Source: Methanocaldococcus jannaschii DSM 2661 (GTDB taxonomy: Archaea > AGJL01 > Methanococci > Methanococcales > Methanocaldococcaceae). Taken from it: 32,000 bases of DNA. Of this stretch, positions 8,501 to 16,061 are shown one piece after another; position 1 is the stretch's first letter; every line of letters starts with the position of its first letter. The notes under the pieces were generated by a model. The model searched no databases and was not told the DNA's origin. It saw only the letters and a list, made by a program, of their open reading frames with translations. Position numbers and translations under genes: made by a program. The stretch is from contig NC_000909.1 in NCBI RefSeq assembly GCF_000091665.1, forward strand, positions 1,342,117 through 1,374,116, given 5' to 3'.

Positions 8501-11500
8501 ATTTTCAGTCCAACCAAATTATCAGGAAAAGACTGGAAATGTTGGAGAAGAGATATTTTACAATATAACATTATATAACTTTGGAGTTGGAGGAAGATTT
8601 GATATAAATATAACCTACTTAACGAAAGGATGGACAACGAAAATATACAACAACTCCATTTTAATAGCTGAAGATGCCAATGGGGATGGAATCTGGGATT
8701 ATATAAACCCAAATTATGATTTAAACTCAAATAATTTGCCAGATATCTATGTGCCAACTGGAGAGATAAATTTAACTGTCTCAAAGACAATTCCTTCAAC
8801 AGCCCCATTAGGAGAGATTGATACAACTACATTAAAATTTGTTAATATAAATAATCCATCAATATTTGGAAAAACAACATTCCAGACATCAACACCATAT
8901 CCTCCTTCAGTTCAAAAAACTTTCTATTTACATGGAGATACTTTAAGAACTCTAAATACTTCAATACCTACAACAATTAACAACTACACAACAATTAATA
9001 GCAATTCATTAGCTTCATGGATACAATATCCAAGATTCGCAGACAACTTTACAGTTGTAGGAAAAATTCCAATTTTGCTTTATATAAATGACCCAAACGT
9101 TATATTTGGAACTGAAATGCATAAAATTGTTGTTTCGTTAATGGCCACAAATGGAATTGATTCCTTTACTTTAGGAAGTGATGTTGAGTATCTATACTTA
9201 GATGATACTATAAAATCTTACATTTTCAATATAACCTTAGATTCAATAATTACAATACCCAAAAACTACTATTTGGTTTTGAGAGTGGAAAATCAAATAT
9301 CTTCTAACTCAATAAACATCTATCATAATTCAACATATCCATCCAATATAACGCTAAACACTACGACTTATGTTAATGTTTATAACATATTTTCAGATAA
9401 AAACGTTTATCTTCCAAATGAAAATGTTACAATATTTGCAAATATTACAGACCCTATTGGTTCTTACGATATAAGCGGGGCAAATATAACTGTGTATTAT
9501 CCAAACGGTAGTGTATATATCAACTCTTCAATGCTACTACAGGAAATAGATAAAAACTCCCCATCACTTTGGAAGCTCTATAATTACTCATTTAGCCTCC
9601 CAGAGTCAGGAAAATATCTTATTACAATAACTGGAATCGAATCTAATGGTGTAATTTCGAAGAAAAACTATACCATATACTGCGGATATGAAATTCAGGG
9701 CTATGTAAAAGAGGACTTTGGAACCCTTGGAAAAGAAGATAGTGAAGATAAAGGAATTTATGGGGTTAATGTATCTCTACTTGAAGACAGCAATAATGAT
9801 GGTATTCCAGATATTGGAGATACCATAGTAAATTCAACAACAACAGATATTTTTGGTCATTATTCCTTCTTAGTTTATAACTCCTCAAAAACTTACTTTG
9901 TGGTAGTGAATTCAAGAACTGTAGGAACTACAAGAGGTTTAAACCCTCAATATAGCAAAAATGACATCTGGGCTGAAGAAACATATCAAACAGTATATAC
10001 TCCAATAAACTCTTCTCAATGGATTGCCAACGGAAATGCTTCAATATTCCCAGATAAGCTTCTATTAACAACAGATGATTATGGTGAAGCAGGTAGTGTT
10101 TGGTATTACAAGCCGGTTAATCTATCTGAGGATTTGGTTGTTGAGTTTTATGCGTATTTGGGAGACAATCCTGATGGAGCAGATGGTATAACCTTTACCT
10201 TGCAATCGTTGGGAACTAACGAATTAGGTGGAACTGGAGGAGATTTGGGTTATGGTGGAATTTCTCCGAGTGTAGCGGTTGAAGTTGATACTTGGCTCAA
10301 CGATTTTGATGCTCCAGCAACAACCGACCATATTGCAATAGATGTTAACGGCAACATAAACCACACTTACAACTCCTTAACTTACCCAACACCAAACCCT
10401 TACGATTTAGGTAATGTTGAGGATGGAAGAGAACACTTAATAAAAATCGTATGGAATGCAACAACAAAAACACTCCAAGTATATTTCGATGGCAATTTAT
10501 CATTAACATGGAATAAGGATATAACCCAAATTATAGGAAACTCAGCTTACTTCGGATTCACAGGAGGAACGGGAGGAGCAAAAAATCTCCAGTATGTTAA
10601 GCCAATATACGTAAAAAATGGGGATGGGTATATAATAAATCCAACTTATGGAGTAGTTGAGATGTTTGGAGGAAGAGACCCTAATGAAGAAGATAATTGG
10701 GAAGATGGAAAATATGAACACTACTGTTTGATAAATCTAAATTCATATAGTGGGAAAAATATAACATTTGGATTCAGCTTTGATGTAATAACAAATACGA
10801 AATCTACGGGGCAGGGTAGTTTTTCCCAATTTATAAAAAATGCAAATGCAATTTATGGGAAAGATGAGAGTTATTTCAGAATACCAAATATCGACGCAAA
10901 GAATGGAAATCACTACATTTATACAAGTGGAAATAAAATATTAGACAATTTGACTATTGTCAATGGTTCAACTCAGATTAATGGAACCATCATTTTATCA
11001 GGATTACAATGGATAGCTAACGGTAACGCATACATAAATAATTCAAATAATCTAACTTTGATACTAACGCCTGATGACTACAACCAAAAAGGTAGTGTTT
11101 GGTATTACAAGCCGGTTAATCTATCTGAGGATTTGGTTGTTGAGTTTTATGCGTATTTGGGAGACAATCCTGATGGAGCAGATGGTATAACCTTTACCTT
11201 GCAATCGTTGGGGACTAACGAATTAGGTGGAACTGGAGGAGATTTGGGTTATGGTGGAATTTCTCCGAGTGTAGCGGTGGAGGTTGATACTTGGCTTAAC
11301 GATTTTGACAGCCCAGCAACAACCGACCATATTGCAATAGATGTTGATGGGAACTTAAATCACACTTACAACTCCTTAACTTACTCAACACCAAACCCAT
11401 ACGATTTAGGTAATGTTGAGGATGGAAGAGAACACTTAATAAAAATCGTATGGAATGCAACAACAAAAACACTCCAAGTATATTTCGATGGCAATTTAGC

Positions 11501-14270
11501 ATTAACATGGAATAAAGACATAACCCAAATTATAGGAAACTCAACTTATTTCGGATTCACAGGAGGAACAGGAGGAGCAAAAAACCTACAATACGTTAAG
11601 CCAACATATGTGAAAAATGGGGATAATGTTTTAAATCTCGAAGAAATATCTCCAAATCCAATTATTGACAATGTGGGGGCTGATACATACATTGGAAATA
11701 TATTCTTTGAAAATGTCAGTGTTGGAATATTAGGAAATGAAACTGGGCTAAATAATTTAACATTAAAGAGTTGTGGAATTTATGGAAAAATATTAAATGC
11801 AGGGGTTAAGTTAGTTGATTATGATTGGAGTTTGCAGAATTATCCATTGTATATTGACAATTTAACAATAAACGCCTCTGGAGGATATGGAATTTCAATG
11901 TTGAACAAAATATGGGCTATGTTGTATAACTCTCAAATATCTTTAAAAAACGGTGTAGGGATTTATTGGGCAAACTGGGCTGGTGGTTTTGGAAACATAA
12001 CAATCTATAATATAACTATAAGCTCATGTAATCAAGGATTGGTTTTATATAAAGATGGAAATGGAATAAAACTAATAAACTCTCAGATTAAGAATTCCGT
12101 TTATGAGGGAGTGTATTCAAAGAACTCAACTTTAGAAATACTTAACTCTTCAATAATTAATAACTCTATTGGAATCTATGCAAATATATCAAGCATATTG
12201 GTGAATAATTCCCTTATATATAAAAATAGATATGAAGGTTTATTATTAGAGAATTCATCCTCCTCAATATTGAATTCAAATATAATGAACAATAGCATAG
12301 GAATATATTTAAAAGAAAACTACATCTCAAAAATTCAAAAATCGAATATTTCATATAATGCCTATGGAATTGAAATAGTTAATTCATCTAACGTATATAT
12401 AAATTCATCAAATATATTTAATGCAAGCACAGATGGAATTGCAATATTTAATGGAGAAAATGTAAGTGTTGAAAACTCTCTATTGTATAATAACAATTAC
12501 TCAATACTCTCTTATGGTAATTTATCAAACCTCAGTGTGTTGAATTCATTATTAAGAGATTCAATAAACAACAGTATTGATATTGAAGTCCCTTCTGATG
12601 GATTTTTGAATAATTTAAAACTTTATAACTCAAGTGTATTAAACAGCGGAAGCTATGGGTTGTTTATCTATTCGTTGGGAAGTGCTTCAAATGTAAATAT
12701 ATCCAAATCACTAATAAACGGCTCCTACAAAGATGGAATTTACATCTATGGAGTAAATGCTATAAACATAGTTAATAATAACATAACCAATAACGGTTTG
12801 ATTGGAGGAGACCCAGCAGGAAGTGGAATAAAAATCAGTGGAAACTATACCAAGGGAGTTTTAATTTTAAATAACAATATATCTCACAACTTGGGTAATG
12901 GTATTTCTTTAGAAGGGTTGTGGAGCAGAACATTATGTGATGTTAAAGTTGAAAACAACATAATTTCAAATAATGGTATTGAAGAAAATAGCGGTAATGG
13001 AATATACATAGGAGGAAGAGTTGAGAATGTCTCTATATTTAATAACACGATTCAATACAGCGATGCTCAGGCAATTTTAATTCAAGAGGCAAATGGATGG
13101 AATTCTTGGGATTGGATTGGAACAAATATATCCATTATAAACAACACAATTCAATACAATGGATTAACTGTCACAATAGGAAATATAACCGCAGGAATAA
13201 CTGTTGGGGCTTATGGAGTTTATAATCAAGATAATGGATATATAATAATAGAGGGTAATAAAATAATAAACAACAATCTCTGTCCAAATCCAACTTATGG
13301 TGGAAAAGTTGGAGGAATTGAGGTTTATGGGTTAAATGAGAGTTGGATTAGCTTAGAATTTAATATCTCAAAGAATATCATAGCAAACAACTCTGCCTAT
13401 GGAATTTTAATAGGGGCAAGCAAAGACATCAACATAATTAATAACACAATCTTCAACAATGAAAAGGGAATTACAATTCCAAACTGGGATTTTGTTCCTT
13501 ACAATATAATAATCTCCAAAAACTCAATTTACAACAACTCTCTACTCGGAATTGACTTAGATGATGATAATGTAACTCTAAATGATGGGCTATTGAACTA
13601 TAATGAAGCAAATCATGGTATTGACTATCCAATAATTACCTATGCTGAGTTAAACGGAGATAACTTAACAGTTAAAGGATACATTGGAAATGGAACTGGC
13701 AGTTCAAACTTTGCAAATGCGGTAGTTGAGATTTATTTAGTTAAAAATTTAAGTGGCGGAGATAATTTAATAGGAAATAATATTTCTTCAGATGGCACTG
13801 TATTGAATGATACCTATGGAGAAAGTTGGATTTATTTGGGAAGTTTGATTGCTGATAGTAATGGATTTTTCAGTGGAACAATAAATGTTTCTGGAAAAGG
13901 GGTTGGAGATGAATCTTTACTAACTGCAACAGCAACGATAAAAGGTATTGGAACATCAGAATTTGGAAGAAACTATCTCTTAATTAAAAAGTTCTTCAAC
14001 ATAACTGGAACTATAGTAATGCTTCCAAACGGCTACAACATAACAATAAAATCATATAATACAACAAGAGATGTTTATGTTTATTGGTATAAGCCAGATA
14101 ATATTGAAGTAATCAATATTTCAGGGGATTATGATGAAAATGGAACCTATGGAAACACCTACTGGTTTAAATTTAATGTGATAAATGCAAATGAGACAAT
14201 GAACATATCAATAACAACCAATATAACAACAGTTGAGGGACTTATTATCGGTATTGACCCAAAAAAATAA
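5586..14270 (+). CDS. Giant (2894 aa) secreted multidomain adhesin-like protein: signal peptide, tandem ~80-aa repeats, Cna-B/SdrD-like domain, two L-type lectin domains, long parallel beta-helix, no TM anchor
   Basis: Single uninterrupted ORF with an N-terminal hydrophobic signal (ISIFVFTILLLSNVSLG). Lectin signature: GADGITF...GGDLGYGG...AVEVDTW...FGFTGGTGG, present twice. Repeated NNSIGIY / N-x-I-x-x-N beta-helix turns span aa ~2030-2660. Very high N-x-S/T density. Confidence 0.9.
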   Translation: MKSYLKNISIFVFTILLLSNVSLGLNVSTTNNNSNFELNNSLIYKLNNSLTNTTNNSGSIIINNTTDTNKEKNECYLNITINGYRVIVKTNGEVFGFANKTPLKFIKIGDNEYIISPIVLNVPIEIYSKFNDKILHRTVILNYTKPEKEKKETNIKKEELHYLNVSFNNFKLIVKTNGKPYAKYLDLNIKVKTKKIKKHEYLVYPLILNKTIIIYAKFKNETLNRTIFLNYSIEENTTTNKTVILKNVYFPSEKIVIKTNFKPHTAYIVTPNNKIIHLKVHKKGKFYILSTKLKKNVILGNYSVVVDGIKKTFAVDYYKINAKLIDNRFIVGNVSYYVKEPKFITCIVDKKEINISLINGAFEIPLDYLIPKLNISKPEKIKKIILICGNAKEKIKVKFKNKEEIKKLISYDPVNKEIIIKLEGSEKEIKKLLKRYEKRKKYKISKIVKIYNYSIVEIKLKADKEILKDYNLPENILNTTEIVKKISSNKIRVEVNNKVDGVWYRFSCKIPKGYRVKEIVGDDGRVIRNNISINRLTGEVIGEVRWYIENNTLYFYDDPIYGYDISLIPPAPNHSIAVELSYNGQDYGGCGQISAIVFPYNKEDDETTVATYDHAGRTGDYNYANNIDAYAGSKIAIKYTSGALTRQYGVLGTAGSLGWWTYYYLSEINRTDIPLNTVPNGILESVIITDMYAPWNNNELNITQKVIIRGNNKWFATIYYIKNPTTKTYTNLKFFQGMDWNFRGSWWGDDAYYNSIDDVVYGYDSNAPVGDIQYGGFKSNIPSYEHDVNLYWSTWSDIRYDNLNNDSSYEGDAGTALAWTKDSLKPGEIWVVPIIWGLGYNYTDMMNEINMGLSQLYDTGVKSIDYPNNGDSFNPNIGPIIYINSTIALYGLVDAYNLNVSINITQINGTYIYTNSTLINLSVPYEEEKLVSFPVNISNMPYGAYNITIKTNLPNDQNTSNDEKSIIIYITSFSVQPNYQEKTGNVGEEIFYNITLYNFGVGGRFDINITYLTKGWTTKIYNNSILIAEDANGDGIWDYINPNYDLNSNNLPDIYVPTGEINLTVSKTIPSTAPLGEIDTTTLKFVNINNPSIFGKTTFQTSTPYPPSVQKTFYLHGDTLRTLNTSIPTTINNYTTINSNSLASWIQYPRFADNFTVVGKIPILLYINDPNVIFGTEMHKIVVSLMATNGIDSFTLGSDVEYLYLDDTIKSYIFNITLDSIITIPKNYYLVLRVENQISSNSINIYHNSTYPSNITLNTTTYVNVYNIFSDKNVYLPNENVTIFANITDPIGSYDISGANITVYYPNGSVYINSSMLLQEIDKNSPSLWKLYNYSFSLPESGKYLITITGIESNGVISKKNYTIYCGYEIQGYVKEDFGTLGKEDSEDKGIYGVNVSLLEDSNNDGIPDIGDTIVNSTTTDIFGHYSFLVYNSSKTYFVVVNSRTVGTTRGLNPQYSKNDIWAEETYQTVYTPINSSQWIANGNASIFPDKLLLTTDDYGEAGSVWYYKPVNLSEDLVVEFYAYLGDNPDGADGITFTLQSLGTNELGGTGGDLGYGGISPSVAVEVDTWLNDFDAPATTDHIAIDVNGNINHTYNSLTYPTPNPYDLGNVEDGREHLIKIVWNATTKTLQVYFDGNLSLTWNKDITQIIGNSAYFGFTGGTGGAKNLQYVKPIYVKNGDGYIINPTYGVVEMFGGRDPNEEDNWEDGKYEHYCLINLNSYSGKNITFGFSFDVITNTKSTGQGSFSQFIKNANAIYGKDESYFRIPNIDAKNGNHYIYTSGNKILDNLTIVNGSTQINGTIILSGLQWIANGNAYINNSNNLTLILTPDDYNQKGSVWYYKPVNLSEDLVVEFYAYLGDNPDGADGITFTLQSLGTNELGGTGGDLGYGGISPSVAVEVDTWLNDFDSPATTDHIAIDVDGNLNHTYNSLTYSTPNPYDLGNVEDGREHLIKIVWNATTKTLQVYFDGNLALTWNKDITQIIGNSTYFGFTGGTGGAKNLQYVKPTYVKNGDNVLNLEEISPNPIIDNVGADTYIGNIFFENVSVGILGNETGLNNLTLKSCGIYGKILNAGVKLVDYDWSLQNYPLYIDNLTINASGGYGISMLNKIWAMLYNSQISLKNGVGIYWANWAGGFGNITIYNITISSCNQGLVLYKDGNGIKLINSQIKNSVYEGVYSKNSTLEILNSSIINNSIGIYANISSILVNNSLIYKNRYEGLLLENSSSSILNSNIMNNSIGIYLKENYISKIQKSNISYNAYGIEIVNSSNVYINSSNIFNASTDGIAIFNGENVSVENSLLYNNNYSILSYGNLSNLSVLNSLLRDSINNSIDIEVPSDGFLNNLKLYNSSVLNSGSYGLFIYSLGSASNVNISKSLINGSYKDGIYIYGVNAINIVNNNITNNGLIGGDPAGSGIKISGNYTKGVLILNNNISHNLGNGISLEGLWSRTLCDVKVENNIISNNGIEENSGNGIYIGGRVENVSIFNNTIQYSDAQAILIQEANGWNSWDWIGTNISIINNTIQYNGLTVTIGNITAGITVGAYGVYNQDNGYIIIEGNKIINNNLCPNPTYGGKVGGIEVYGLNESWISLEFNISKNIIANNSAYGILIGASKDINIINNTIFNNEKGITIPNWDFVPYNIIISKNSIYNNSLLGIDLDDDNVTLNDGLLNYNEANHGIDYPIITYAELNGDNLTVKGYIGNGTGSSNFANAVVEIYLVKNLSGGDNLIGNNISSDGTVLNDTYGESWIYLGSLIADSNGFFSGTINVSGKGVGDESLLTATATIKGIGTSEFGRNYLLIKKFFNITGTIVMLPNGYNITIKSYNTTRDVYVYWYKPDNIEVINISGDYDENGTYGNTYWFKFNVINANETMNISITTNITTVEGLIIGIDPKK
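5808..6290 (+). repeat. Two tandem ~80-aa protein repeats near the N-terminus of the giant protein (5808-6062 and 6063-6290)
   Basis: CYLNITINGYRVIVKTNGEVFGF...EYIISPIVLNVPIEIYSKFNDKILHRTVILNYT aligns with HYLNVSFNNFKLIVKTNGKPYAK...EYLVYPLILNKTIIIYAKFKNETLNRTIFLNYS. The similarity is at protein level only. Confidence 0.7.
10017..10625 (+). repeat. L-type (legume-like) lectin domain, copy 1, inside the giant ORF
   Basis: SQWIANGNA...GSVWYYKPVNLSEDLVVEFYAYLGDNPDGADGITFTLQS...GGDLGYGGISPSVAVEVDTWLNDFD...DHIAIDVNG...EDGREHLIKIVWNATTKTLQVYFDG...AYFGFTGGTGGAKNLQYV. Highly similar at DNA level to 11007-11624. Confidence 0.85.
11007..11624 (+). repeat. L-type lectin domain, copy 2, inside the giant ORF
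   Basis: Same domain about 999 nt downstream of copy 1. Nt 11090-11212 are identical to 10091-10213 by eye. The rest has scattered substitutions, many of them synonymous. Confidence 0.85.
11670..13565 (+). other. Right-handed parallel beta-helix region (PbH1/NosD-like repeats) of the giant protein
   Basis: Dozens of ~22-25-aa turns such as NSxIxNNSIGIYxxxSS, NNITNNGL, ISHNLGNGISLEG and IISNNGIEENSGNGIYIGG. They end in IYNNSLLGIDLDDDNVTLND, the typical exit of such helices. Confidence 0.75.
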
Positions 14271-14282
14271 TTCGTCAAAAAA

Positions 14283-14305
14283 TTGTTCTATAAATCTTAA
14301 ATACT
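14283..14305 (+). promoter_or_regulatory. Second copy of the shared promoter-region motif
   Basis: See 5511-5533. It sits in the 56-65-nt gap after the giant ORF, which has no T-run terminator. Confidence 0.5.
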
Positions 14306-14335
14306 TTAAAAAATAAAACCTAATAATTGGGGACC

Positions 14336-15787
14336 ATGAGATCGGTATATTTAATTATTATTATTATACTATTTTTTGCATTTATTTCTTTAAGTTTTGG
14401 GGAAATATATGAGTATAGGGGGGTTGTATTTTATCCAAATGGTTCTCAAACAGTTGATGTATCTAAGTTACATATAGATTATGAAAATCCCGATGCTTTT
14501 AGCATCTATATATCTTATAGAAACTCCTCCTTTTATCTTCCATATTCAAAAAATATAACTCTTAATCTCCCCCCAAAAAAATTTAACATATCCATAACTA
14601 TATCTGCAAGTAGAATCAGCAGAGATGAATGGAGGGTATATTATAAAATAATCAATAACTATCCCTACAGTATCTTATTTAACATATCTTTTCCAGGAGG
14701 ATTTAACATTAAAAATGCATCAGTCTTAGTTCCTGCCAAGTCCTATAAAATAATAACTTTATCAAAAATACAAAATTCAAATATTTTATATTTCGGAGAT
14801 AGCAATATAAGTTTTGAAGTACCCGCTAAATTGATGATAAGATATTCTCTGCCAATACCATTTTCCATAATAAAGTCAAATAAAATTTTAAGTAATGGTT
14901 CTATTGAATGGACAGCTATTTATATAATAAAAAATGATAAGAATGTCTCTTTAAATGTAAATGCAAGCTATTGGGCTGTTGTTAATAATACAAAAATAGA
15001 TTTTGGTAATTATTCCTATATTATAGAACCTAATGAGAATGTATCACAGTCATTTAATATCACTTCAGATTATGTTCCTATTTTTTATCTTAAATTTTAT
15101 GCATGGCGAGATGTTTATGAAACTATAAAAATAAAACCAGCAATTAAGGTTGATAATTCATACATTATTGGAATAGGAAAAGTTGAAGGTTTAAGTTTTA
15201 ACATTCCATATTATAACTATATGGAAAGAGAAATAAAAAAGAAAAAAGAAGAAAAGGAAAACGAAGAGTCATCTAAAACTATAAACCAAATGCAGAGACA
15301 TAAAAAAGAAGAGAAGTCACAGACTCAGGAGACAAAAAAACCTTCTAAAAATGAGATGAATAAACAAGAGAAAGAAAGAAAGTACCCACTAATAATTGAA
15401 GAAAAATTTAAAAAAGTAGCTGCTGCTATAGCCACAGTTACAACTACTTCAATAACTGCTATGTTGATTCCTCCAATATTTAGGAGACGTTCATATATTG
15501 TTGATAAAGGGATTTTCTCAATTAAAGACCTTGAACTACTAAGTGGCACAGTATATGTTCCAGAGGGTTGTAAGTTAGGAAATATATTACCTGGAGGTAT
15601 AACTATTATTAAACTTACTGATGTAGAAAAAGACCTTGCAAGGGACTTACATGAAATTTATGATATTCCTCTAAATTCAGCAAAAGCCATTATACTGGGT
15701 GTTAAGTATGGAGGTAGAGTATTTTTAAGTGATAAAAAGGCGTATGATGTGGCAGTTGAAATAGGACTTGAAGCATATCTTTTTTAA
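14336..15787 (+). CDS. Type I membrane protein: signal peptide, ~290-aa ectodomain, Lys/Glu-rich linker, TM helix, ~95-aa cytoplasmic domain
   Basis: ORF 14327..15787 starts at TTG; ATG 14336 (MRSVYLIIIIILFFAFISLSFG) is the first ATG. Low-complexity KKKKEEKENEE...KQEKERK segment, then TM VAAAIATVTTTSITAMLIPPIF followed by RRR. I recognise no family. Confidence 0.75.
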   Translation: MRSVYLIIIIILFFAFISLSFGEIYEYRGVVFYPNGSQTVDVSKLHIDYENPDAFSIYISYRNSSFYLPYSKNITLNLPPKKFNISITISASRISRDEWRVYYKIINNYPYSILFNISFPGGFNIKNASVLVPAKSYKIITLSKIQNSNILYFGDSNISFEVPAKLMIRYSLPIPFSIIKSNKILSNGSIEWTAIYIIKNDKNVSLNVNASYWAVVNNTKIDFGNYSYIIEPNENVSQSFNITSDYVPIFYLKFYAWRDVYETIKIKPAIKVDNSYIIGIGKVEGLSFNIPYYNYMEREIKKKKEEKENEESSKTINQMQRHKKEEKSQTQETKKPSKNEMNKQEKERKYPLIIEEKFKKVAAAIATVTTTSITAMLIPPIFRRRSYIVDKGIFSIKDLELLSGTVYVPEGCKLGNILPGGITIIKLTDVEKDLARDLHEIYDIPLNSAKAIILGVKYGGRVFLSDKKAYDVAVEIGLEAYLF

Positions 15788-15802
15788 ATAGAGGTGAAGT
15801 AT

Positions 15803-16054
15803 GTGGTAGAAGAAAACAATAAAGAAATATTAATAAAATTGAAGAAAATTAGAAAAATGCAAAGGAGAAGAACGCTCATTGGTTCATTTTTAGTCTCAAC
15901 ATCCATAATAATTTCTGAAATTTCAGTGTTTATATTTGTTGGTGTTTTTAATATAGACATAAGCTTTGGATTGTTATTATTGTTTATTTCGTTAATTTTT
16001 TTATCGTTAGGGCTCTATTTAATCATGTATCCTCCACCTATAGTCATAGATTAG
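15803..16054 (+). CDS. Small two-TM membrane protein
   Basis: ORF 15794..16054. GAGGTGA at 15791-15797 contains GTG 15794, so the in-frame GTG 15803 (5 nt after the SD) is the more plausible start. A basic stretch KKIRKMQRRR is followed by two hydrophobic helices. It sits 6 nt after the upstream gene and 7 nt before the downstream gene. Confidence 0.55.
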   Translation: MVEENNKEILIKLKKIRKMQRRRTLIGSFLVSTSIIISEISVFIFVGVFNIDISFGLLLLFISLIFLSLGLYLIMYPPPIVID

Positions 16055-16061
16055 TGAAATC

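Noticed and set aside
5586-14270. The 8.7-kb ORF as an artefact, such as fused genes or a mis-assembled repeat
   Set aside because: The reading frame is uninterrupted in AT-rich DNA where random stops are frequent. Domain order is coherent (signal peptide, Ig-like/lectin modules, beta-helix, C-terminal sandwich). The only long internal repeat (the lectin pair) has distinct flanks and scattered differences, which argues against collapse or duplication artefacts.
15230-15390. The Lys/Glu-rich AAAGAAGAA-type stretch as a DNA tandem repeat or satellite
   Set aside because: It is purine-rich low-complexity coding sequence (KKKKEEKENEE...KQEKERK) without a fixed repeat unit, in frame within a long ORF between an ectodomain and a TM helix. 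It is most simply a flexible linker.
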